A DNA stretch of 64,000 nt, taken from IMG/VR virus record IMGVR_UViG_3300043539_000496, positions 3,601-67,600 of that record; one strand, 5' to 3'. Source of the DNA: a virus. Each line of letters begins with the position of its first letter. The stretch's first letter is position 1. Below are positions 20,939-30,153 of this stretch, in pieces. The position numbers were made by a program, and so were the translations under genes. The notes beneath the pieces are model-generated. The model saw nothing but the letters and a program-made list of their open reading frames with translations. It did no database searches and was not told where the DNA came from.

Positions 20939-23900
20939 TTATTCTTCTTCTACAATGTATCCTCCTTGAACATATTTGTCTATTTCCTTTTTAGTAAGTT
21001 TCATAGCAATACCTCCATTTTTATTTTTCCAACCTGGTTGAGAGGTTATTTGATTCCAAGCATCTCTGCCTTTGAACGGTTTACCTTTATTTATATCTTT
21101 CATCAAATCTTGTTTAAACATTTGATGTCTTTTTTCTATTAGTGCATCCTGTAAAGCTTGTGCTTCTACACGGGACAAACCATAAACAGTACGTGATAAT
21201 GTATTAGAAATACTTTTATTTATTATATCATCAGCCCACGGTAGTCCTCGTAAACTTTCAATATAAGTAAATGGATTTTGTCTTCTTAACCAATCCTTAT
21301 CAAAAGCATTAAATTTTTGAGCACTTGGAAATAGAGAATCAAATTTAATATCTGGTTCTCCTAACACTGAAGCTTTAAATGATGAATAGTATTCACCAAC
21401 TGTTTTAGGAAAAGGTTTACCTTTTGCAAGAGCACTTAAAGCTCCAGTACCTAAAGGATCAATCATTGTATATCCAAAACCAAGTGTATCATTTATTAAT
21501 TTTCTTTGTGCTTGATTGCTATAAAATTTACCCTTTGGAAATTTAAATTCATCTGTAAATATTTCAGCCAAATGTGGATATTTTTTAATAAATCCAGGAA
21601 CATCATCAACAGAAAGAAAATCCATAAATTCATTTTGATGTTCATCAAATTGTTTTCCTAATTCTACAGATTTATTTAAATCAGCATCAGTCCAAAAGTC
21701 AGATTTAGATAATGTTTTTTGTGGTCCATCAAATGCATTCATCATAAACCTCCTTGCTTCCCAACCATCTGAAAAATCTTGAAATCTAAAATCTCCTAAT
21801 TTATTTAAATCAATACTAATATCAGAGCCCTTAACATTATTTACATTCTTTTCTAATTCAGGAAAATTTGTTTTTGTTTCTTTAGTTTGATAATCTAAAA
21901 AATCAAGTATACCTTGTTGTTGCCAATTTGCAGCATTACCATAATCTAAAGGATCAACATTATATATTGCTTCACCAAGTTTATTTTTATCATATGGAAT
22001 ACCTTCAAAATTAATTGGATATTCTCTTTTAACATTGCCATAGGTAGATATTCTTTCTGTAGGAGTAAAAACATTTCCAGCTTTTATTCCTGTGTTAAAA
22101 ATAGTACTACTTGGTCTATATACATCTCTACCAAAAACTGTTGGAGTTTTTCTTCTAAGTCTAAAACTTCCAGGAGGCCATCCCATTTTTGCTTGAGGAA
22201 GATCTCCACCTTCTTTTCTTAATCTTAATGGTTCTTTAGGATTTAATCCAGTAGCATTTAATCCAGAACGATTAAAATATTGTTGATTAAACAATGCAGG
22301 ATCCATTTCAAAATTATATTTATCATTTAATAATCTTGTACCAGCAGGTAAATAATTTGGTGCTCCACGTAGTAAGTCTTTACCAAATCCTAAAGCAGTT
22401 TTTCCACCATGTAAACCTATCATTCCTGCCATACCTAAACCAAATAAATTTTCTTTTACTTTATCTGAATCCAAATGTGCTAAGAAATCTAATGATGATG
22501 ATGAAGGTAAAGAGCTTGATATGTGTGCTTTTTCTTTTGCTTTTTGTATTTCATTCCATATATTTTGACCAGCTTCAACTCCAAACCCTTGTATTTCTCT
22601 ACCTGTGTATGGATCTATTTCTCCAGTTGGCATAAATGCATCTTTAACAAACAGACCAGTTAATCCGGCACCAGGTGTTACTAAATTTCTAGTAGCATTA
22701 TATAATGCATTTTTTGCTAACCCTCTTGCCCCTACTTTAGATAAAGTCTTTACACCAGGTAATAGTTTTGTAGCAGATGCTGCTCGTAATACTTTTGATA
22801 CAGGTAAAACAGAAAATGCTGTATTTAATAAAACATCTCCAACTTCTTGTTCTGGATCTCCTTCATATAAATTACGTAGACCAATACCAACATTTGAAGC
22901 AAAATGTGCAGGGTTAAATAAATTAGCTATTTGAGTTCCAAAATCACTATTTAAATTATTATATCTATCTAAAAATAATCTTGACCCACCTGGACCAAGA
23001 TTTGCTTCCCATGCTCCTATGTTTCGTGATGTAGGTGCATCAGGCATAAGACCAATCATAGGATCTGCTGCATTTCCTGATGCCCATTGATTTAAAGTAT
23101 AAACAGGTTGATTAGCTAAACTACTTATTTGTTGACCAGCCTTTTCTAAAAAATTAGATAAGGTAGGTTTTTTCCATAATGAATTTTCATCTTGGTAGTC
23201 TTGCCATTTTTTTTCTGCACGGTTCTTTTCTACATCATATATCTTTTCACCATACTTAGGATCTTTATTATAATTTGCTATAAACTCTTGTGCTTCAGGA
23301 GTTTGTTTCCATACATCAAAAGGCAATGTTTCATATTCTTCTTCTCCTGTGTACTTTGATCCATCATAACCTTTATAATTAAGACTTTCTGAACCAGGAT
23401 TTATTTTATTTGTATAAGCATATCTAAGAAGTTCTTCTGCTGCATTATTTCTTGCATCACCCATAGCTTTTTTAAGATCACCTGAGTTTTTATATGCTTC
23501 TGCATTTCTGGTACCTTTATAGTCTAAATAAACAACAGAAGCTTTGTCACCATAATTACCAAGTTGTGAAACATCTAATTTTTTATCATGATAACTTTTT
23601 ACACTACCATCAGCATTATATTCTTTAGGAACTTTTGCTATATAACTACTATTAAATGTTTTAGCTTTTGTAAAAAAGTCATTTAATATTTTTGCTCTTT
23701 TAGCAACATCATCTTGTGAGTTTCCTTCAATAGAATTTATTTGTTGAGCAGCTTTGTTAAACTCATTTGCATAATCATTATGAACACCATATACAGGAGT
23801 TATGGGTGCTATTTTAGTACCAGTATTATTATAAACAGCATCATACAGCATATTATTCATTTCAGTATACCTTTCTTGCTGCTGATCTACTTCAGAATCT

Positions 23901-25177
23901 TTTATTTGTTTTTCTGTATCTGTGTAATATTTATTTGTGTCACTTTTGTATTGAGATAATATATTAGCTTCATTTTTATCACCAGCTCTATTACCAAAAC
24001 CATAACCATAGTAAGTTGTATTTTTACCATTTACATTTATATTTCCTTGAGCATCTGTTTTAACTTTTTTAGAATCTACTTTTTCCCAATTAAAAGGATT
24101 AATATATTCTTTACCACTTTCTTTATCTTTACTAAATGGACTTTCAGATTCTTTTGTTTCAGTTCCTTTAATTAAACTAAAATCATCATTGGCATATTCA
24201 TTAGTATACTTGTATACATTTCCATACTTATCTTTCTTATACAATACACCACTGTAATCTACAAAATAATTATCAGCATTATTTTGAAAATCAAGATCAT
24301 TGGCAATTCCAGTAAATTGAGTAACACCTTGTTTTGAATTATAACCTGTTTTAACTAATTGTCTTTTAGCATCTTCAGCTGAATAACCTTGCTTAGTTAA
24401 ATTATTAATCATTTCAGCACCTTGTTTAATATGAAATTTATCAAGGGCTCCTAAGTAATCTCCAAATTCTGTTTGAAGTTGTTGAGCATTTAGTCCATGA
24501 TGTTTTTCAAATTCACCAGGTTTCATACCTGCCTGAGACATCATGTGTGCTATTCCTTCTTTAGGGTAAAGATTAAATTCATAATTACCATCACCCAAGT
24601 CTTTCTTTTCTACATAGTAATTTGCTCTATCAGGATCTTCAGTATTGTTATACCAAGCTTCAAAATTTGGATTAGATTCTACTTGTTCTTTAGATAAACT
24701 ATAATATGGTTTAAGAGTTTCTTTTTTATATTTATTACCTTTGTCTACAGCTTTTTGTATACCAGATATATAAGATTGATATTTATCTTTATCTTCTTGT
24801 TCTCTTCTGTTTTTGTTATATATATAATCACCTAACATCTTTGAAGCAAGTTCAGGATTTTCAAATGTACTATATGATTTATTTAATTTTGCTAATCTTC
24901 TATCAAAATTCTTTTGTGTCATTTCTGTATTTCTAGCTTCTAGAATACTAAGAATTTCATCTTCAGTTAAACAATTTCCTTCAAAATTTTCTCTTCCAGG
25001 AGGGCACTCTATACCTTGCACAACATCACTAGACATTTGATTCCAGTAAGAAGGTTGATCAACACCTTGGACTTCTACCATAGGTTGATCTTCATATGTT
25101 TTCTTTTTTCTTTTTGACCTATCAGTCTCTCCTCCTGGTGCATATTGTGGAATGCTTGTTATTCTATACTTTGCCAT
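20939..25177 (-). CDS. Modular putative cargo protein (1412 aa)
   Basis: Long ORF; N-terminal IPQYAPGG; Gly/Ala hydrophobic segments; C-terminal KNGG...EIDKYVQGGYIVEEE module. Confidence 0.6.
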   Translation of the reverse strand: MAKYRITSIPQYAPGGETDRSKRKKKTYEDQPMVEVQGVDQPSYWNQMSSDVVQGIECPPGRENFEGNCLTEDEILSILEARNTEMTQKNFDRRLAKLNKSYSTFENPELASKMLGDYIYNKNRREQEDKDKYQSYISGIQKAVDKGNKYKKETLKPYYSLSKEQVESNPNFEAWYNNTEDPDRANYYVEKKDLGDGNYEFNLYPKEGIAHMMSQAGMKPGEFEKHHGLNAQQLQTEFGDYLGALDKFHIKQGAEMINNLTKQGYSAEDAKRQLVKTGYNSKQGVTQFTGIANDLDFQNNADNYFVDYSGVLYKKDKYGNVYKYTNEYANDDFSLIKGTETKESESPFSKDKESGKEYINPFNWEKVDSKKVKTDAQGNINVNGKNTTYYGYGFGNRAGDKNEANILSQYKSDTNKYYTDTEKQIKDSEVDQQQERYTEMNNMLYDAVYNNTGTKIAPITPVYGVHNDYANEFNKAAQQINSIEGNSQDDVAKRAKILNDFFTKAKTFNSSYIAKVPKEYNADGSVKSYHDKKLDVSQLGNYGDKASVVYLDYKGTRNAEAYKNSGDLKKAMGDARNNAAEELLRYAYTNKINPGSESLNYKGYDGSKYTGEEEYETLPFDVWKQTPEAQEFIANYNKDPKYGEKIYDVEKNRAEKKWQDYQDENSLWKKPTLSNFLEKAGQQISSLANQPVYTLNQWASGNAADPMIGLMPDAPTSRNIGAWEANLGPGGSRLFLDRYNNLNSDFGTQIANLFNPAHFASNVGIGLRNLYEGDPEQEVGDVLLNTAFSVLPVSKVLRAASATKLLPGVKTLSKVGARGLAKNALYNATRNLVTPGAGLTGLFVKDAFMPTGEIDPYTGREIQGFGVEAGQNIWNEIQKAKEKAHISSSLPSSSSLDFLAHLDSDKVKENLFGLGMAGMIGLHGGKTALGFGKDLLRGAPNYLPAGTRLLNDKYNFEMDPALFNQQYFNRSGLNATGLNPKEPLRLRKEGGDLPQAKMGWPPGSFRLRRKTPTVFGRDVYRPSSTIFNTGIKAGNVFTPTERISTYGNVKREYPINFEGIPYDKNKLGEAIYNVDPLDYGNAANWQQQGILDFLDYQTKETKTNFPELEKNVNNVKGSDISIDLNKLGDFRFQDFSDGWEARRFMMNAFDGPQKTLSKSDFWTDADLNKSVELGKQFDEHQNEFMDFLSVDDVPGFIKKYPHLAEIFTDEFKFPKGKFYSNQAQRKLINDTLGFGYTMIDPLGTGALSALAKGKPFPKTVGEYYSSFKASVLGEPDIKFDSLFPSAQKFNAFDKDWLRRQNPFTYIESLRGLPWADDIINKSISNTLSRTVYGLSRVEAQALQDALIEKRHQMFKQDLMKDINKGKPFKGRDAWNQITSQPGWKNKNGGIAMKLTKKEIDKYVQGGYIVEEE

Positions 25178-28100
25178 TATTTTATTTTTTCAAATGTATA
25201 ACCTAATTTTTTTAGTTTTTCCATAGTAGCTTTATTTATCTCATCACCTAGTTGGTAATCAGGTGTACCACCATATTGAGCTTGTTGAGGTGCATACTCA
25301 TCTATTGATCTTGATTCATTCTTTGCCATCTTATTAAGAAGCATTTTTAAATCTTGAGGACTATTTATAAATCTTTGAAAATCAATTAAAGCAGGAACAA
25401 ATGCATCTGAATTAGGATCAGTCCATCCTTTAGTTTTAGCTTTCTGATAAAAGTTTTTTAGATCATCATCTGTAATTTCTTGATCTGGTTTAAATCCAGC
25501 AAGTCTTCTTAATTCCATAATTCTCTTACTGATCTCCTCACCATAATTACCTGAGATGTAATCATAAAACTTTCCTTCTTCTTTTGATACTTTATTTTTA
25601 GGAACTAATGCTTGATTAACTAAACCTGTTTCATACTCTCTTAGTTTGTGTACAGGATGATTTTTCATTTTTTTATATGTATCCATTTCAGGATCTAGCA
25701 TAGAAGGAGACGTAAGGTAATGACCTTTTTCATGAAACAAAACTTCATCTCTAATAAAAGGAGACGTTATCTGTGAAGAATTTAAAGATATTTTTCCTGT
25801 CATAGGATTATACATACCTGAAGAATCACCTAATCCTTTAGTATCATAATCTATTTCAGGAAACTTTTCTGTTCTTTTTAATAGTTTCGGTCTTGCTTCA
25901 TTTAATAATTTTTGACCTTCTACATCTTGTATAACTCTATTAGTATACCAGTTCTTATACCATTCTTCAGCAGGTGTTTGTTCTGCAGATACATCTAAAA
26001 CACACTCACCGGTAGCAGTACTTCTAATATATCCTTCTGGACATGGTTCACCACCTTCAGCATATTGATTATCTTCTAAATTACTTTCTGCACTAAATGG
26101 ATTACCTAATAAAGCAGCTGTACCAGCACCTATTACATATGGAGCAAATGATGGAAGTTCATTCATTGTGTTAGACAATAAACCAAAGTTCTTAGGTTTA
26201 TTTGTCATTATATCAAAAATTCTAAGTGGAAACTTATCTTCTTTTTTTAAGTAATCCTTATAGTAATCTTTTATCATTTTAGAATTTACTTTTTGATAAG
26301 GATGTTTTATAATATTGTCTTGTAACATATTTTCTCTTAACTCAGCTAAAAAAGGACTTCTTTCAAAACCTCCATTAAGATTATAATAAGATATAGCCTT
26401 TTGTAAATAATTACCATCTTTATTTAAATGTTTATAAAAAATATTATTATTAGATGCATTAGACAAATCAAAATCTAATTGATTTTTTAAATCTAAACCA
26501 CCAAGTTTTTCATCTATTGATGTACGTCCTACTCCACGTTTAACACCTGGTAAATGAATTATCTCATGCATACCTACACTAGGTAATTCTTCATTAGTAA
26601 AAAATTTAGGATTTATAACAAAAGCATTTTGATTTCTATCATAGAAAGCACCACCTTGTGTATTAGAATCTTCTAATAATTTAGCATAAGTTTCTTCAGC
26701 TGTTTTGAGTTGATTATCTAAAGTTACTGAAGTATTAAAATAATCATTGTCACTTATTAAATTTTGCTCATGATATGAATCAATTTTATTTTGTTCAGCT
26801 ATTATATCATTTATAGTTTTTGTATAAGTAATAGCCTCTTGATTTAGATTTCTTGTATTTGCTAAATCAGAAACCATATCTTTTGAATCAAAAAATAAAT
26901 TAGCTTTTAAAGCAGGAGTAGTATTAATTAAATTTTGTAATCTTCTTTGACCTTCAGCTGAATTCCATAAATTAACAGTTCTATCTTGTACTGCCTTTAT
27001 AGTTTGAGCTGCTGACAAATTTGTTGCACGATCTTTTGAATTACCAATTGTTATTTTATTTATTCTATGTTCAGGTTCAGGTAGTTTACGAGACTTACGT
27101 AATCCTTTAGGGGGCCAACCTCCTGGTGCATAACTATCCAATTGTCCACCATATTTATCACTAACTAAAGTTGATTCTTGTCTTAGTTTTTCATCATAAG
27201 CTTTTCTCTGCATTAATTCTTCAAGTTGTGTATTGTATTCTTCTTTAGCAACTCTATTTCTTTCACGTAATTTAGGAAGTTCATTTTTAACATAGTTCTT
27301 CCAATCTTTTTTATATTCTCTTCTTGCCCTGTAATCATCCCAACTTGCAATTGGTACACCTCTAAAACTTGGAAATTTTACATTTTCTGCATTCTCTAAA
27401 TCTTGGTGCATCTTACTAGTTGCATCAATATATCTTTCATTCCAACCTTTACGTGATTTATACAATTCAGGAGTTCCCTTTTCTCTATCATACCCAGTTA
27501 TAAATCTTAGTAAAGGATCTTCTTTTTTATTTACAATTTTTGAAGATTTTCTTATTAAAGGTTGTGTATCATATCTTTGATTTAAAAATAACTTATATGT
27601 ATTCTTTCTTTTTGGATGTGATTTACCTTCTGGAAATTCATATCTAGAAATACCCAATCCCTCTAACTCTAATTCAGGTGTTTCATATGTAGGTATTTTT
27701 CTATCAAGAGACGGATCAGCATATGTATATTGTTTTTCAAAATCAATATTTTGTGCATCTTCATAACCATCAGCATCCTTTTTAAAAATTACATCAGGAT
27801 ATTCTTTAGTTACTAAAGATAAATTCATATTTTCTCTAACATAGTCATCTCCAATATCATAAGTTGAACCATGATAAAGTGAACATTCAGGACATGGTTT
27901 AGCTTCTATGTTACCTTTTTTTCTTTTCTTTTGATAATCATTAAATAATTGATTCTTGATATTATCTGGTATATATTCAGGATCTTCATATAATTTTTTA
28001 AAGGCATTAATTTCTTTACTCATCCTTTTAGTAAAGTCACTATTTGGATCTTGGTCTGCTATATCACCAGAAAAAGTTGAAAACTTATATTCAGAATCTG

Positions 28101-30153
28101 GATTATAAGTTTGTGTCTCTCCAATCTTAGTTTTTAAACCAGCTTTTTGTATTTTATCAAGATTTTCTTTTTCTTCTTGTTTAAGTATTTGCCATTGTCT
28201 GTACTTTTCATACTGATGTGAATCTTTAGAATTTACATAGTATGTATTACTAGACTTGTCATAACCTTCTTTTTTATTAGGATCAACTTCAACTTTATAA
28301 TTAAGATCAGGATAAAAAGGTACAGATGTTAAATACTCATTATTATCAGAATATATAGTGTATGATCCTGCTGGTTGAATATAGATATCACCATACTCAT
28401 CATCAAATTCAGTACGTGTGAGGTTTAAATCTTGTGGCCAGTCCGTATACTTTCTTTCAAGTTTACTTCTATCAATTACTTTTTTATTTTCATCAAGTAC
28501 ACCTGGTATAACTTTATAACCAATAGATTTGCATTTTCCTGTCTCAGGATCTTTTACATAACCATCAGGACATTTATCACCATATCCTTCACACCATCCA
28601 GTTTCTGGATTATATGTATATCCATCAGGACATCTAGGTTCTCCATTTTCATCCATCATTGGTTTTACAGCACCACCTGGTGCATACTGATTTAATTCAG
28701 GTACAGAAATATCATCTTCTACTATATAACCACCGTCAACATATTTTTGTATTTCATCTTCTGTAAGATTAATACTTATACCTCCATTTTTATTTTGGCT
28801 ACCAAAGGTTGTAGTTTTTACGTTATTATTAGAAGGTATAAATGGATCATTTTTAATTTTTTCATTAATTTCTTTCTGTGCTTTTTTTTGTTTGTATTGA
28901 TTTAGTGGAAACTTCATCCCTGCATTAGCAGAAAAACTTCCAGGCAGCATTAGACTTTGGTTATAGTTTACATTACCATAGAAATAACCAGGAAAATTCT
29001 TAGGCATAAATTTAGGTAAACCTTCTACACCTGCATTTAGATTAAAACCAAAATGTGGTCTTGTACCTATACCAGCTGTTACACTAGGGTTTACATTCCA
29101 TTTATAACTACCCGGTCTATAATTTTTTGAGTGATATTTATCACCTCCATAAAACTCAAGACCACCTTTTAATCCTAAACCAATATTGTTACTTGGATCC
29201 CAATCTAATTTTATTTCTCCTTCACCAGCTGCTTTGTAACCATGAGGTTGTTTAAATTTATCATAACGGTAATTAGCTGATAAACCTCCTACAACAGGAC
29301 TTTTTTCTACAGCTTTTCCAAAACCTTTTAAAAATTTACCAACACTTTCTTTAGGTTTTTCTTTTTCAGGATCCCATTTATCTGGACCTTCCCTATATGC
29401 TGAACCAGTCATCTCACCTGCATTGTACATAGCAAGATCATCATAATATCTTTCCCAGGCTCCCTCATATTGATCCTTACCCATTTTTTGTATTGCCTGT
29501 CCTGCAGCTTGACCCAAAGATGAATCATAAGGTTTTCCTAAATAACCTTTTAATGCCCAACCACTATCTTTGTTTTTTGATATATCTCTAGTCAATCCTG
29601 TAGTAAAGTTTACCCCATAAGAAGGATTTGACATTCCTATAGCTTTTGTGCCTTCTCCCAACAAACTTTTTCCAGAGGTAAAATCAGTAAGATTTTGTTT
29701 CATACCTATAGGATAAGCCTGTTCATTTGTCATATAAGGACTTATTCCTACTTCAGTATTCTGAATAGCTTTAACCATTCCTTTTGGCATCCATTTTGGA
29801 AGTATTCTTTTAGAATCACCATAATTTTTTTTCTTTGATCCTGGTGGCTCATCAGAATATCCTCCTGGTGCATATTGTATTAAACCACCTTCAGCATAAT
29901 ATTGAGCTCTTGGATCAAAGATTTTATTCTTTTTAGATTTAGGTTTCTTAAATAGAGGATGTTGTGCAAACAACCTATTTGTTGCTTCAAAACTTCTTGA
30001 GTATGATTTAGGACTTTTACCTTTTGGTAGACTAGGTCTTTTATTAGATCCACCCCTCTTAAAATTATTATCTAAGCCATTATTAGTATTAGTAGAATTC
30101 TTAGTTTTACTAAGATTTCTAACAGCGTCAATAAGTACTTTTTTATTATACAT
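25177..30153 (-). CDS. Modular putative cargo protein (1658 aa) with two zincin-like HExxH domains
   Basis: HEIIH and HEKGH, each followed by an E...ELR segment; CPxGY..C repeats; three YAPGG and two YAEGG tags. Confidence 0.65.
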   Translation of the reverse strand: MYNKKVLIDAVRNLSKTKNSTNTNNGLDNNFKRGGSNKRPSLPKGKSPKSYSRSFEATNRLFAQHPLFKKPKSKKNKIFDPRAQYYAEGGLIQYAPGGYSDEPPGSKKKNYGDSKRILPKWMPKGMVKAIQNTEVGISPYMTNEQAYPIGMKQNLTDFTSGKSLLGEGTKAIGMSNPSYGVNFTTGLTRDISKNKDSGWALKGYLGKPYDSSLGQAAGQAIQKMGKDQYEGAWERYYDDLAMYNAGEMTGSAYREGPDKWDPEKEKPKESVGKFLKGFGKAVEKSPVVGGLSANYRYDKFKQPHGYKAAGEGEIKLDWDPSNNIGLGLKGGLEFYGGDKYHSKNYRPGSYKWNVNPSVTAGIGTRPHFGFNLNAGVEGLPKFMPKNFPGYFYGNVNYNQSLMLPGSFSANAGMKFPLNQYKQKKAQKEINEKIKNDPFIPSNNNVKTTTFGSQNKNGGISINLTEDEIQKYVDGGYIVEDDISVPELNQYAPGGAVKPMMDENGEPRCPDGYTYNPETGWCEGYGDKCPDGYVKDPETGKCKSIGYKVIPGVLDENKKVIDRSKLERKYTDWPQDLNLTRTEFDDEYGDIYIQPAGSYTIYSDNNEYLTSVPFYPDLNYKVEVDPNKKEGYDKSSNTYYVNSKDSHQYEKYRQWQILKQEEKENLDKIQKAGLKTKIGETQTYNPDSEYKFSTFSGDIADQDPNSDFTKRMSKEINAFKKLYEDPEYIPDNIKNQLFNDYQKKRKKGNIEAKPCPECSLYHGSTYDIGDDYVRENMNLSLVTKEYPDVIFKKDADGYEDAQNIDFEKQYTYADPSLDRKIPTYETPELELEGLGISRYEFPEGKSHPKRKNTYKLFLNQRYDTQPLIRKSSKIVNKKEDPLLRFITGYDREKGTPELYKSRKGWNERYIDATSKMHQDLENAENVKFPSFRGVPIASWDDYRARREYKKDWKNYVKNELPKLRERNRVAKEEYNTQLEELMQRKAYDEKLRQESTLVSDKYGGQLDSYAPGGWPPKGLRKSRKLPEPEHRINKITIGNSKDRATNLSAAQTIKAVQDRTVNLWNSAEGQRRLQNLINTTPALKANLFFDSKDMVSDLANTRNLNQEAITYTKTINDIIAEQNKIDSYHEQNLISDNDYFNTSVTLDNQLKTAEETYAKLLEDSNTQGGAFYDRNQNAFVINPKFFTNEELPSVGMHEIIHLPGVKRGVGRTSIDEKLGGLDLKNQLDFDLSNASNNNIFYKHLNKDGNYLQKAISYYNLNGGFERSPFLAELRENMLQDNIIKHPYQKVNSKMIKDYYKDYLKKEDKFPLRIFDIMTNKPKNFGLLSNTMNELPSFAPYVIGAGTAALLGNPFSAESNLEDNQYAEGGEPCPEGYIRSTATGECVLDVSAEQTPAEEWYKNWYTNRVIQDVEGQKLLNEARPKLLKRTEKFPEIDYDTKGLGDSSGMYNPMTGKISLNSSQITSPFIRDEVLFHEKGHYLTSPSMLDPEMDTYKKMKNHPVHKLREYETGLVNQALVPKNKVSKEEGKFYDYISGNYGEEISKRIMELRRLAGFKPDQEITDDDLKNFYQKAKTKGWTDPNSDAFVPALIDFQRFINSPQDLKMLLNKMAKNESRSIDEYAPQQAQYGGTPDYQLGDEINKATMEKLKKLGYTFEKIK

